DNA from: a virus
DNA: 64,000 nucleotides
Virus record (IMG/VR): IMGVR_UViG_3300037245_001837
Coordinates: 1 to 64,000 of that record
Reading direction: 5' to 3' (one strand)
The first letter of the stretch is position 1. Every line of letters starts with the position of its first letter. The translations under genes and the position numbers were made by a program. The notes beneath the pieces were generated by a model. The model was not told where the DNA came from and did not search any database. It saw nothing but the letters and a program-made list of their open reading frames with translations. Of the stretch, positions 46,401-56,051 are shown piece after piece.

Positions 46401-48134
46401 AAAGTGTATGAAAATATGTATTTCCATTCTTTAGGTAAACCTGATTTTTACGCAGGTAAAGTTTATCGAGAAGGTGTAGATACAAAAGTAGAGGATCAAT
46501 TATTTAAAGAAGGTGTTACCAAAAATACAGGATACGGAAGCCAGAAGGAAAGAGTAAACAATAATAAAAAAATTGTTCCAAAAGATGTAAGATTTTTATA
46601 TCAAAGACATATTTCAGAGAGTTCCCATTTTGTTGCATTCGCAGAATCTCATAGACAGTTAAATAAATCTTTAAAAAGTGATGATTTATTAAAATCTATT
46701 TTAGTTACAAATCCAAAAAACGGTACTAGAATTATAAATGAACTTGATTATTATAAGGTTAGAGATTTAGAAAAAGCTGATTTTGCAAATTATTGGCTAC
46801 TTGACTTTTTTACCAGAAATATAGCAAAAGCAACATTATCTTTAAAAGGTAAGATTGGTTTAACTCAAACGATTTCTATTGTAAACGGTTCTTTAGATAT
46901 GCCAACAAACATAAAATTTAAAGATTTTATAGCGTATTACGAACCTGCAAGAGTAATTAAAACAATGATTAAATTACTTAAAGAATCTGATTACCTAAAA
47001 AACAGGTATGATGTTGGAGGTATTGAAAGTGCAATGTTTGCATTATCAAATGAGGCAGATCAAAATTCATTAGAGTTTTCAAATGAAAGTCTTGAAAGTA
47101 AAAGAAAAAAAGTAGCTAGAATCTATAAAAAAGTAACTGATCTCGCTATGATTAATGTTAAAATTGGTGATGCTATTGGTGTTATGGGTTCAATTCCTAT
47201 GTATAATGCTTGGATAGATACATTTATCAAACGTGGAGATTCAAGACCTGTTGCAGAAAAAAAGGCATTAGATTTATTTGAGTCATCAGTTGACCGATCA
47301 CAACAAACAATAAGTACATTTGGTAAAAGTAGATGGCAAAAAGACCCAATAATTAGGTATTTCATGATGTTTACCTCTTCTCCTGTTCAGGCACAACAAA
47401 ATGCAAATTATTACAGGAGACAATTATATAAAGATGTTTTCACTCAAAAAGCGTTTAGAGGTTCAAGAGGAAGAAATATTCTAGGTTTCTTAAACTATCA
47501 GTTCGCACAACCATACTTGTATTACTATATTTCTGCTTTAATGGCAGGTAGTGTATTGCCAGTTTTAGGGATTGGAGATGAAGAGCCAGATGATACAGAT
47601 AAAGACCTTACAAGAGCTTTAATTTTAGGAAATGCACAATCAATACCAATTCTAGGAAATGCAATGACTTATGGTGTGGATATGCTATTACTGGACAAAG
47701 ATCATTCTTATGGAGGATTAATGTCAAGTCCTATTCTGGAAAAAATAATGAATATTGAAACATTTATAGACCGTTCTGTAAAAGCAAAATCAGAAGCAAC
47801 AAGAACCAAAAACTTAAATAAAGCTCTAAAAGAATTTAGCAATGTACTTGTGGCAATGCCTAATTTTGCAATTGATTTTTATAATGATTTTAATGACGTA
47901 TATTGGAACAGTGAAATAGATGCAGATATTAAAATACCAAAAGCTTTAGGTTATTCTGATTTTGTAATTAAAAAAGCAAGAACAAAAAGAATGTCAAGAA
48001 AAGAAGTTGAGGCTAGAATTAAAAAAGCCAAAAAGAAATATGATGATTCTGTTGATAAATTAAACAAAACTGAAACTGAAAGACAAAGACAAAAAAGAAT
48101 AAATAAAATATTTGGAGAAGAAGATAATCGTTAA
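40419..48134 (+). CDS. Giant polyvalent virion (ejection) protein with GNAT, LPD23-like and three zincin metallopeptidase modules
   Basis: KKGQGSA..LYESVGF; TGWEKGTDGKWKTEIDDS; HEIQH, HEMAH, HEFGH; Gly/Ala-rich hydrophobic N-terminal region. Confidence 0.8.
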   Translation: MGKQQKRPPLKLVGEERPPLNLIGVKKKVGLEQEDTTLPLEVSQSDTSIPQLVGSLESQTSTPEIPIKEPEPESKEDGFGSELFRSLQKGSARLGRDIASIPELVFDVFAAPQNFIAEQFGIENLATNSERLKTDLNIKNSIKDYYAGDIERLNKLSEELDRKYIGGITDNFKAGNIGDGFRILGNSLAESLPSTLSIAFGGAATKAPQLLGAVTATFAAGKNAELKSNPDITNNIRVLNALGTGLAEGVFSTIGTGRIGVAAKELIAKEGVEQGAKILKKNLIDIYTELLKKYPIPTAMLGEGLEESTTQITQNAIDKYTGVSPDINLMQGVSDAFILGVGSGGAFGTALEGIKKISKEKTTKEDVEVVESSIEKRNVLEEELNQQIKEGEIPNQLASETIANFDEIRKQLQAIPKDYTSDEKAIAIDLLKERAIIESEMEGLDESLLGIRISQIAEINEELRNIKKPQVESTVLEQTTEFANELGTPEDISDTVAGATSVKVGDTEIILKSEGDNIVLESIRTDEDKKGQGSARNALDKITEVADAQVKTIELKVVPETDSTTEEGLISLYESVGFVKDGNKMVREPKTEDTFSNIDKVIDETTTETTQETEVDEVLSEQNKKAQEQKETTEVTKVAKDVRSLYNIHRDLFELDRVKSFASATVTDRIITTMAKRQGISKAEMYAKIDFKKGDSNTIDKLNKKGKALFQIVGENALLKEQYKNNLQLAKELDGEGKTSEEIWFSTGWEKGTDGKWKTEIDDSKMELDGDLINLRQYNLSEAIKYDALFEAYPELKDIKISFSHRLGNLLGVYMHDRNRIVINSELSVKETRSTLLHEIQHAVQKKEGFAAGGSAVIASNYLNQKIRAISLSKNLPTGLIRVAKKLNKKMFEGVDINATKQEFTKEVEKAKGQLSKEEFELYSSIAGEVEATNVETRMDLTAEQRRTTPLSQTEDIAREEQIVLFQKSQGAMLVEDGKFIIYALTNPNVSTPLHEMAHVYEHFLTSQERSDILKFTGKKQWNRETSEEFSKGFEKYLADGKAPTKSLQKIFDKFKEWLIEIYNGVTDSDIDVKLSPKMQNIYTEMLNVETKTQDKRKTTTDETTLKPNVFETDKNNYTVTVKDGKLDIVPEFGKAKPSKSEIKKVTEQYLDKNDFTIGKTANVEDKPNISPEQLRELVAAESENAQEIAIEVLNSKGSDSQININETKEGSIAEALKGVQVNKESFANTDDVNNISSVNQYYFNSRNKSLKGNDGNIDRIRERAQQNTSEEVTLKDVTDFIKENSSPTQFLKQKVSAPTTDLEIRFEEVTGLKPTPENVSKVSGIQVTGTEITEEGDVPFQVESTQVKIKGTALTNLVDRLKKTGLSSDVIILSDNQFKNKLESLGRDVIETPLGFISDNTVYLNRDTVKKDTPIHEFGHLWNNYAKENFNDVFNKGIDLIKDSEYFENISDNPNYENLTENEKLEEALSQAIGEKGVKILNESARAKFNAWFKNLFTRIAKGLGITTLKGKQLSDITLDKFTDLVSAELLSGKKITTEVKQKSEPKTRVKEADVTNIDLVVKEQEAIKKTKDTLTQKFNDKKAEVKDIKKSLVKYINSNIDSKRFNEQRKGELGKLLTLVKNTESKKALQKAFNNVNKIVQDIDNRIIKKRIDKILDSKLSKKQSGRVKANITTEQAEIILKSVKENVVLPKTNDQKPAQRVEEKLFELYDKRDALHAKEELTEEDFKELEILDISINYLNGVNSDDANNRNIFLGNALQQIESIFEDGRSDLKEQIQARNEKDQAFTDAWIEDIDPEGTESRLSVKELENKEKIVGNLATRILNKGYFLFFQGQATGSFGSLTSLISNKGGETRESSFGVQIDSNLKKDETAKKTRIKKFTKLFDDTVKDVFEDSSKANRIMNKRVDVELLRNYENDDPNTPKYPVKVPFTYSELLNVLQIAKNESQLGGLEANGFTKEVIDKIEKQLPSKLKEFGDKLFDLYNEAYIDANKVYENMYFHSLGKPDFYAGKVYREGVDTKVEDQLFKEGVTKNTGYGSQKERVNNNKKIVPKDVRFLYQRHISESSHFVAFAESHRQLNKSLKSDDLLKSILVTNPKNGTRIINELDYYKVRDLEKADFANYWLLDFFTRNIAKATLSLKGKIGLTQTISIVNGSLDMPTNIKFKDFIAYYEPARVIKTMIKLLKESDYLKNRYDVGGIESAMFALSNEADQNSLEFSNESLESKRKKVARIYKKVTDLAMINVKIGDAIGVMGSIPMYNAWIDTFIKRGDSRPVAEKKALDLFESSVDRSQQTISTFGKSRWQKDPIIRYFMMFTSSPVQAQQNANYYRRQLYKDVFTQKAFRGSRGRNILGFLNYQFAQPYLYYYISALMAGSVLPVLGIGDEEPDDTDKDLTRALILGNAQSIPILGNAMTYGVDMLLLDKDHSYGGLMSSPILEKIMNIETFIDRSVKAKSEATRTKNLNKALKEFSNVLVAMPNFAIDFYNDFNDVYWNSEIDADIKIPKALGYSDFVIKKARTKRMSRKEVEARIKKAKKKYDDSVDKLNKTETERQRQKRINKIFGEEDNR

Positions 48135-48146
48135 AAAATAGAAATA

Positions 48147-48482
48147 ATGGATACGGATTACAAAAAAAGATTAAAACGACACATCAAAGCGTTGGATACC
48201 GCTTATGAAAATATAATAACAATTTTAGAAGAGGATGTTAAAAAGGAGTCTAAAAAAGAGGGGGAAGATGAAAAAATAGCTCTAAAAGATGATAAAATTA
48301 AGACCTATGCAGATGGGTTGGAGAAGGCTGCTAAAACAGCAAATTACCTTTTAACTGAAATTAAAACTAAACAAGAAGAGCTAGATTTATTGAATAAACC
48401 TAAAAAAAATTCTAAACAAGTAGAAGATGAAGAAGTTATCGAAACTACTCAAGATCATCAATTAGAAAAACACTTAGAATAA
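48147..48482 (+). CDS. Putative terminase small subunit
   Basis: Helical 111 aa, TAATG-coupled to TerL. Confidence 0.5.
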   Translation: MDTDYKKRLKRHIKALDTAYENIITILEEDVKKESKKEGEDEKIALKDDKIKTYADGLEKAAKTANYLLTEIKTKQEELDLLNKPKKNSKQVEDEEVIETTQDHQLEKHLE

Positions 48483-50758
48483 TGGAAAATAGAGATCGTA
48501 GCTACAGGGGAGATATTGCCGAAAAACTAAATATTTTTGATCTAGTTCCAAAAGTTATTTACAACAAAAGAAACGCTGATAAAAGTTGGAAGTATAAAAA
48601 ATATCCAGATATTGACCCTAATTTTATTTGCGTATCAAAAGACGGTACAATTGGAAATATTTATAAAGTTGGAGAGCTTATTATAGCAGTTCCATCTCAA
48701 GAAGGAAAAGAAATTTTAAATATAGATACTCCTTCAAATGAAGCTAAATGGAAAAGAACACCAATACCAGAAGGTTTTCTAAAACTTGAAGAAAATTACA
48801 GAAAAGACATTGGAGAATCTGCAAACCATAAAAAAAGAGATGTACGACAAAAATACAAAACAGACCGTAAAAATCTTATTTCAAAACATATCAAATTTAT
48901 AGATAATGAATTCGATAAAAGAAAACACGGTTTATTTATAAAAATTGATGAAGAAATTCTATACTTAACTGGAAGTGCGTATATGTTTTTAAACTACTAC
49001 TATCTTACCGATAGTGATATGTATCCATTATTCAGAACAACATCATTATACACTTGGCTACATTGGGAGGCAGTAAAAGCCGATAAAGATGTTTTTGGTG
49101 AGCTAAGATTTAAAAGTAGGCGTGTTGCTTGGACTTCTGAAGCTGCTAGTGAAGCTCTAAACACAGTAACTATTTTAAAATACGCTAATATTCCAGTAGT
49201 TTCAGAACGTAAAGAATTAGCCGAAGAATTATTCCAATCAAAAATAATTGACTCTTTTAAATATTACCCTACTTATTTCAAACCAATAATAAGTGACCCT
49301 AATACTTTAGAAAAAAAGAAGCTTGAATTAACGCATAATACGGCTCAAAAAGAAACTGCAAGGATAAAACTATACCCAACAAAAGTAACAGCCTATGATA
49401 GTACTAGGGTTAAGTCATTCGCTATTAACGATGAGGTTTTTAAACTTGAAGATGTAGATTTCACAGCATTTAGATCAAGGCATAAAAGATGTTATAATAA
49501 AAGTAAAAATTTACACCCTAAAGGAAAGTTTGGTTCAACTGTTGGAGATAAAAATATAAACACAGAAACAGCAAGATACGAATGGGAAAATGCAAATCCT
49601 TTAAAAAGAGATTTAACAGGAAATACAAATACAGGTCTAATCGCATTATTTGTAGATAATTGCTATACTGATGCTGAAAATGGGATGTTTGACGGATGGG
49701 GTTATCCAATTATTAACAACCCACAAAAACCAATTCTAAATGAAATTGGAGATATTGTTGAATTTGGTTCTATTACATTATGGAAAATGGAAGAGGATAA
49801 AATGAAAAAAATGAAAAAAAGCGATTTAAATTCATTTTATAGAAACAGTCCAAGATTAATTGAACACGCTCTAAGAAATGAAGGAGGGATAAATAATGAT
49901 TTCGATGCAGATAATTTAAATAATCACGTTGACCATTTAAATTCAATTCACGAATTAGATTGGACTGATATAATTTATAGAGGTAATTTAGCTTGGACAG
50001 GTGAGCCTTATAAATCTGATGTGGAGTGGAAGCCAAACACTAAAGGTAAAATATTCACAACTTGGCTACCACCTAAAGAACTCCAAAATAAATCATCAAT
50101 TAGAGAGTTTCATGGTAAACAATTAAAAATGCCTGATAATAATCATATAGCCTGTTTAGGAGTAGATAGTTATGATTTAGTTGGTAAAGCTGCTAGTGGA
50201 AAGGGTTCTGACGGTGCTTTTACAGGATACTCTAAAATGAGTATGACAGGATGCCCTAGTCACTCATTCTTTTTAAAATATAAAGATCGCCCAGACAAAA
50301 GAGATGATTTTTATGATGATGTCATAATGACTTGTCAATACTTTGGTATTTTCGCCTTAATTGAAAGTAACAAAGGTCGTATTTTAGAGTATATGTACGA
50401 TAAAGGATTTACAGGATATGCTATGAGAAGGCAAGATAAAAAATGGAGAGATTTATCAGATGCAGAAAGATTATATGGTGGAATGCCAACATCAAAAGAG
50501 GTTATTGCTGACCAAGCTAGTTTATTGAAGGATTACATCATGGATAATGTTGGTCAAAATTTAGATAATGAATGTAAAGTATATTTCAAAGACTTAATTA
50601 CAGAGTGGATTGCATTTAAAGTTGATAAAAGAACTGAATTTGATTTAGCTGTTGCTAGTGGATTTGCTATTATGGGAAGTCAGTACAAAGTTAAGATGAG
50701 AAAAGTTCCACCCATAAACCCAGAAGGTGGATTAACGTTATCTTCATTCGGAGCTTAA
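48482..50758 (+). CDS. terL: Terminase large subunit
   Basis: YLTG..YMFL, KSRRVAWT, AINDE, GST, RNase H-like LGVDSYD..SDGA, IESNK, FDLAVASG. Confidence 0.9.
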   Translation: MENRDRSYRGDIAEKLNIFDLVPKVIYNKRNADKSWKYKKYPDIDPNFICVSKDGTIGNIYKVGELIIAVPSQEGKEILNIDTPSNEAKWKRTPIPEGFLKLEENYRKDIGESANHKKRDVRQKYKTDRKNLISKHIKFIDNEFDKRKHGLFIKIDEEILYLTGSAYMFLNYYYLTDSDMYPLFRTTSLYTWLHWEAVKADKDVFGELRFKSRRVAWTSEAASEALNTVTILKYANIPVVSERKELAEELFQSKIIDSFKYYPTYFKPIISDPNTLEKKKLELTHNTAQKETARIKLYPTKVTAYDSTRVKSFAINDEVFKLEDVDFTAFRSRHKRCYNKSKNLHPKGKFGSTVGDKNINTETARYEWENANPLKRDLTGNTNTGLIALFVDNCYTDAENGMFDGWGYPIINNPQKPILNEIGDIVEFGSITLWKMEEDKMKKMKKSDLNSFYRNSPRLIEHALRNEGGINNDFDADNLNNHVDHLNSIHELDWTDIIYRGNLAWTGEPYKSDVEWKPNTKGKIFTTWLPPKELQNKSSIREFHGKQLKMPDNNHIACLGVDSYDLVGKAASGKGSDGAFTGYSKMSMTGCPSHSFFLKYKDRPDKRDDFYDDVIMTCQYFGIFALIESNKGRILEYMYDKGFTGYAMRRQDKKWRDLSDAERLYGGMPTSKEVIADQASLLKDYIMDNVGQNLDNECKVYFKDLITEWIAFKVDKRTEFDLAVASGFAIMGSQYKVKMRKVPPINPEGGLTLSSFGA

Positions 50759-50795
50759 CATTACTTTTAACCAATAAAAAATATATATTAAAAAC

Positions 50796-50803
50796 TATAT
50801 TTG
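50796..50803 (+). promoter_or_regulatory. Bacteroidota -7 promoter box
   Basis: TATATTTG 17 nt upstream of the portal ATG. Confidence 0.6.
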
Positions 50804-50820
50804 TAAATATAACAACAATT

Positions 50821-53214
50821 ATGAGTGATTTAACACCTACATTTCCAGATGATTTTGCCAGTAATGCGGAAAAAAGCAGCTTGGAATACGGAAGAAAAAT
50901 TGGTGAAGCTATTGATGTTCAATGGTTTAACAATCAGCTATCAAATAGAAGAATTTGGATAGATGAAATGAGAAGTTATTCAAGAGGTGAACAAGATACT
51001 TACCAATATAAGAAAACAATTGAAGGTGAAAAGAAGAATCGAGAAAACAGTAATGCAGGAATTCGCACACATAAAATTGATTATGTTACATTAAAAATAT
51101 TACCTTCTTTTAAAGATATTGTCATAAACCCAATTGATGAGGAATTATTTAAACCAAGAGCTGAAGCAATTGATATTTCTGCTGTTAATAAAAAAAAGGA
51201 TTTCTTTAAGAAATTAGATAAACAATTTTTCACAAAAGAATTCTCAGACATAATTAATGAAGGTGTAGGTATTAATTTAAACCCTGCTAATGCACCAAAG
51301 AACGAAAAAGATTTAAATAAAAAAAAGATAGAGTACAAACCTAAAATAGAAATTGCTCAAGAATTAGCTATTGAGAATGTTTTAAAGTTAGAAAATTTTG
51401 AATCTGTAAAAGATAAAATAAATGAAGATTTATTTGATTTAGGTTTCGGAGTTGGGAGACACTACACAGATTATAATGAGGGTATCAAAATAAAATATGT
51501 TGATCCTTACAATTATATTCACAATACTTTCCAAACAGATGACGGTAGAGATATTCGTTATCATGGTATTGTTGAAAAAGATACTATTTCAGGGTTAATA
51601 AAATTAGTTGGAGGAATCAGTAAAGAAAATAAAGATGCTTTAAAAAATGGAGCTGTTGGAGTTTATGAAGGTACTGATGCTTATATTGATGAAGAAGATG
51701 GAAGTAGAATGATTGAATATATTAATTTTTCATATTTAATTGGTGAAGAAAAAATATTTAAGAAATTAAGAAAAAATAAATCAACTAAATTAGTTGATAG
51801 ATCGAAAGACGGTTATAATCCTGCAAATCCAAATAAAAAATTCACTATTCCTTATCAAGTATGGTATGAAGGTGTTTATGTTCCTTCTGCTAAGATAATT
51901 CTACAATGGAGAAAGATACCAAATCAAGTTGAAAAAGAAGTAAATAAGCCGATTTCTCCATTTATTATTTATGCTCCAAAAGTTAAAAGATTATCTGAAA
52001 AAGGTAGCGTAAGATTTGATAGTTTAGTTAATAGAGCAAAGCCTATAATTGATGATATTCATAGAGATTGGTTCAAGTTCCAACAATTAAAAATGGAGCT
52101 AAGACCGAATACTACGGAAATAGATGTTGATGCTATTAATGATATAACTTTAAATGGAACTCCTGTTGCTGCACAAGATGTTTTAGATTTATTTTTTGGA
52201 AGAAGTTTATTATTAAAAAGAGGATTAAATGATGATGGAGAAGTATTACCAAGAGCAATTCAAGAAAATGCAGGAGGTATAAATAATACAGCACTTACTT
52301 TTTTATCAGGTGAGTTTGCAAATAACCTTAATAGGTTAAGACAATTATTAGGAATTAATGAAATTCGTGATGGTGCTGCAAAACCAAATAGTAAAACTGC
52401 TGTTACAGTTCAAAAACTGCTTTTAGCAAGTTCCAATAATCAAACTAGTCATATTGTTAGAGCGAGTTTCCAAATATCACTAAAATTTGCTGAAAGTATT
52501 TCTTATAGATTGTACGATGTACTCACAACACCTGCATTAAAAAATAGATATTTAAGTATTATTGGAAGTAATAATGTTGAATTGTTAGATGAAATAAAAG
52601 AATTGCCAATGCATAAATTTGGTATTTATTTCGACTTCAAGCCAGATAATGAAGAAAGACTTGCTTTTGAGAATTCATTATTAAACTCTTACAATAAAGA
52701 AGAAATTGATGTTGCCCAATATAATATAGCCAGACAAATTAGAAATGCAAAAAGTGCTATAAAATATTTAGAAATAATTATTGAAGATAATGCTAAAATA
52801 GAGCAAGAACAAAAAATTCAAAATATTGAAGCACAAGCGAGAGCTAATGCACAACAAAGCGTTTTAACAGAGCAGACCAAACAACAAACGATAACTGTTC
52901 AATGGGATGTTAAACAGCAAGAAATGTTACTGAAATCTCAAATTGATGAAAGGGCATCTAAACAAGAGGCATTGACAGATGATTTATTAGCTCAAAGACA
53001 ACATGAAAGAGATATTGAATTAGAATTTATTAAATCTGGAACAAAAAAAGAAATTGAAGCAGGAAAAGAAATAGCCAGAAAAGATAGGATAGACCAGACA
53101 AGCACAAATACTTCTGCAATAGCAGACCAAAAATTGAACAAGAAGCAACCTATAGATTTTGAGAACAAATTATCAGGTATATTTGAGAATAACGCATTAC
53201 CAATAAATCAATAA
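50821..53214 (+). CDS. Portal protein
   Basis: FP..EK.S.EYG, RSYSRGEQ..YK, YVDP, GINEIRDG, Gln-rich C-terminal coil; follows TerL. Confidence 0.85.
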   Translation: MSDLTPTFPDDFASNAEKSSLEYGRKIGEAIDVQWFNNQLSNRRIWIDEMRSYSRGEQDTYQYKKTIEGEKKNRENSNAGIRTHKIDYVTLKILPSFKDIVINPIDEELFKPRAEAIDISAVNKKKDFFKKLDKQFFTKEFSDIINEGVGINLNPANAPKNEKDLNKKKIEYKPKIEIAQELAIENVLKLENFESVKDKINEDLFDLGFGVGRHYTDYNEGIKIKYVDPYNYIHNTFQTDDGRDIRYHGIVEKDTISGLIKLVGGISKENKDALKNGAVGVYEGTDAYIDEEDGSRMIEYINFSYLIGEEKIFKKLRKNKSTKLVDRSKDGYNPANPNKKFTIPYQVWYEGVYVPSAKIILQWRKIPNQVEKEVNKPISPFIIYAPKVKRLSEKGSVRFDSLVNRAKPIIDDIHRDWFKFQQLKMELRPNTTEIDVDAINDITLNGTPVAAQDVLDLFFGRSLLLKRGLNDDGEVLPRAIQENAGGINNTALTFLSGEFANNLNRLRQLLGINEIRDGAAKPNSKTAVTVQKLLLASSNNQTSHIVRASFQISLKFAESISYRLYDVLTTPALKNRYLSIIGSNNVELLDEIKELPMHKFGIYFDFKPDNEERLAFENSLLNSYNKEEIDVAQYNIARQIRNAKSAIKYLEIIIEDNAKIEQEQKIQNIEAQARANAQQSVLTEQTKQQTITVQWDVKQQEMLLKSQIDERASKQEALTDDLLAQRQHERDIELEFIKSGTKKEIEAGKEIARKDRIDQTSTNTSAIADQKLNKKQPIDFENKLSGIFENNALPINQ

Positions 53215-53261
53215 ATTCTAAGTTATATTGATTAATTTTAACACCGAAAAAAGATATTATT

Positions 53262-56051
53262 ATGGCTAAAATAAGCAATAAAGATAAGTACCCACTTAGT
53301 AATAATCCAAGTTTAAGTGATTTCATAGTAGGGACAGTGTTTGGTACAAATAAGACAAAGAATTTTAATCTACAGGCATTATTAAGCTTATTAAATGCTT
53401 CTAATGGGTTTAGTAATGTTCAGTATAAATTTTCTTTAGATGAAACAATACACGAAGATGAGACAGGGTTTTTAACTACAAATGGCTCTCAAGTCTCACC
53501 ATCTACTATAAATTTACTTAGATTTAGTACTTTAGATTTAAATGAGGTGGATTTGACAGACTTGTTAACAATCTTTAATAGTAATAGAACTAGTGTATTA
53601 ATAAAACTTTTTGACCCTTCTGATCCTAATTTAATAATTATATTTAAGGTTACTGGGATAGATTTAAGTAATTTAGATTATATTGATTTAAGTGTATCTG
53701 CATATAAATCTATGAGTAATGGTGATTTTGTAGATGAGAAAATATATGGGTTTGAATACTTTATTTTTGAAAATACAGGAGCTAGTAGTATAGATGCTAG
53801 GTATGACGATATACCAGATTTATTAGCTAACCAAGGTAGTCAAGCAGATTTCAACTTATACTATGTCGAGGATGCATCATTAGACCCAACTGTAACTTCT
53901 GGATTTGCTTACTATGAATATTTAGGTACTACATTAGGTACTTTAGCTGATTATCGTAAACTTTCTGAGGAAGAGGTTGCAGAGGAAGTGAGTGTTACTA
54001 ATACTAGTCAACTTATTAATGATGGGGAGGATACAGTTAATCCGTTTTATAGTCTAGTTAATTCTAATAAAGATGATGTTAATTGGACAACAGATGACCT
54101 ACGTGTTTTTGGTAAATTTAATACTGGACTTGCGATTGGTACTGGGATACAGATGTCTTCTGGAGTAATAGAAGCAATTAACAATAATACATTAATACCT
54201 CAACCATTATCATTATCAGGCATTGGGGTTGCACTATATCATAATACTACTAATACGAGCGCAGATAAAAAATTAGAAACTAAAATTACAGGTATTGATA
54301 TTTTTCAAAATTTAGATGTTGACGGAGAAATTACAGCTGCATTAGGGCAAACTGTTTTTCACTCAGGAAATGCGAATAAATCAAGTGTTAACTGGGTTGC
54401 TGATGAATTATTAATAGCATCTGGTTTGACAGGTAGTAATTTAGCACTTCCAAATGATAATAATATAATCACATTATTAACTAACGAAATAGTATTAGGT
54501 AATTTATTGACTAATACATCAATTAAAGGATTGTCTTTTACTTATGAAGATGGGTCAGGAATTAATACAATTTTCCATGCAGGAAACTCTAATAAATCAG
54601 ATGTTAATTGGGCTGCTGATATTTTGTCAGCAAATAACGTAACAAGTGAAAATCAAGCAACATTAAATTCTCATTTAGTAAGATTAGATCAAATGAATTC
54701 TGCCATAGGAGGATTATCTTGGCAACATTCAATTATTAGTCAATTAAACTTTACAACATCTGAACCTGTTTCTCCTAGTGATGGAGACAGATATATAAAT
54801 AATACAACAGGTTTAGGTTCAGTAAGTACAAGTATTACATTTACAATTAATAGAATTTATGAATGGAGTTCTCAGGGTGCAGGGTCTTGGCTTGAATTTA
54901 TACCTCAAGAAGGATGGACTTTATGGGATGAGTCATTAGATACCAATTATACCTTTAATGGTACTGATTGGGTTGAATTTGGTTCAACTGTATCACATAA
55001 TAATACTTTAGGATTACAAGGAGGAACTGCAAGTGAATATTATCACTTGACGGCAGCTCAATATGCAGCTAACGCTTATACCAATGTTAATAACAACTTT
55101 AGTACAGACCAAACAATAACAGGAGACTTAACAATTAATAGTGGAATTTTAAATGGAGTAGGTGCTTTTTTTTCAGCTACTTTAGCAGCATTAAATTTAA
55201 CAGCATCCACTTCTATTTCATCTTCAGGAACTATATCAGCAACATTAGGAATAACAGCCAACGGAGGATCACAGGTTTGGGATGCTAGTAATTTGAACGG
55301 GGCAGCCTTTGATTTTGCAGCTAAGGATGTTGTGGCAAACGGAAATATAAACATAAGCAATGCATCGTTTAAAAAACTAATACTAGATAGAGATACCGCA
55401 ACAGGCTCACATACTATTGAGTTTATGAACAACTCAATTAACTCATGGCAGATATTAGGGGATGAAACTAGTTTTTTTATACGTAACCTTATAAGTGGAG
55501 GAGTTAATTTAATACCTTTTAGTTTAGATTTTTCAACAGGAGACGCAACATTCTCAGGAGAAGTAAACACCCCGAAAATAGGGATAGGAGTAGGGGCGTT
55601 TTCTAATCAGATAAACGCAACGGGAGATACTAATTTACTGTTTAACTCAAACGGAGGTGAATTATTTTTCAATAATGATGTGGCAGATGATTTACAATTT
55701 AATGGGGGTGGCGGTAACGCTATATTTTCAGGAGAAGTAAGAGCAATGAATTTAGCTTTAGGACAAATTAGTAGCGAAATAAACACTCATGACTCAGCAC
55801 TGCATATAAACGTAAGAAATGCAGACGGCTCTAGTACTGATTTTAGAGACTTCTCCATAAGAGATGGGAAGTTTAATGATGTCATGAGGATAACAGGATC
55901 AGATAAGGCTACTGTTTTTTCTGGAAAGGTGACCTCACAAAACTTAAACCTAACAACACTGCCTGTTTTCGCAGATGATACAGCAGCAGCGAGTTTAAGC
56001 CAAGGCGATATTTACAGAACTGTAACAGGTGAATTAAGAATTAAATTATAA
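53262..56051 (+). CDS. Tail fibre / receptor-binding protein
   Basis: MAKIS..GT..TKNF anchor, repeated FHxGNxNKSxVNW knots, DUF2793-like SPSDGDRYI..PQEGW, Gly/Ser/Thr-rich beta region. Confidence 0.8.
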   Translation: MAKISNKDKYPLSNNPSLSDFIVGTVFGTNKTKNFNLQALLSLLNASNGFSNVQYKFSLDETIHEDETGFLTTNGSQVSPSTINLLRFSTLDLNEVDLTDLLTIFNSNRTSVLIKLFDPSDPNLIIIFKVTGIDLSNLDYIDLSVSAYKSMSNGDFVDEKIYGFEYFIFENTGASSIDARYDDIPDLLANQGSQADFNLYYVEDASLDPTVTSGFAYYEYLGTTLGTLADYRKLSEEEVAEEVSVTNTSQLINDGEDTVNPFYSLVNSNKDDVNWTTDDLRVFGKFNTGLAIGTGIQMSSGVIEAINNNTLIPQPLSLSGIGVALYHNTTNTSADKKLETKITGIDIFQNLDVDGEITAALGQTVFHSGNANKSSVNWVADELLIASGLTGSNLALPNDNNIITLLTNEIVLGNLLTNTSIKGLSFTYEDGSGINTIFHAGNSNKSDVNWAADILSANNVTSENQATLNSHLVRLDQMNSAIGGLSWQHSIISQLNFTTSEPVSPSDGDRYINNTTGLGSVSTSITFTINRIYEWSSQGAGSWLEFIPQEGWTLWDESLDTNYTFNGTDWVEFGSTVSHNNTLGLQGGTASEYYHLTAAQYAANAYTNVNNNFSTDQTITGDLTINSGILNGVGAFFSATLAALNLTASTSISSSGTISATLGITANGGSQVWDASNLNGAAFDFAAKDVVANGNINISNASFKKLILDRDTATGSHTIEFMNNSINSWQILGDETSFFIRNLISGGVNLIPFSLDFSTGDATFSGEVNTPKIGIGVGAFSNQINATGDTNLLFNSNGGELFFNNDVADDLQFNGGGGNAIFSGEVRAMNLALGQISSEINTHDSALHINVRNADGSSTDFRDFSIRDGKFNDVMRITGSDKATVFSGKVTSQNLNLTTLPVFADDTAAASLSQGDIYRTVTGELRIKL

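Noticed and set aside
53262-56051. Diversity-generating retroelement or invertible tail-fibre cassette
   Set aside because: No reverse transcriptase, template/variable repeat pair, invertase or flanking inverted repeats seen
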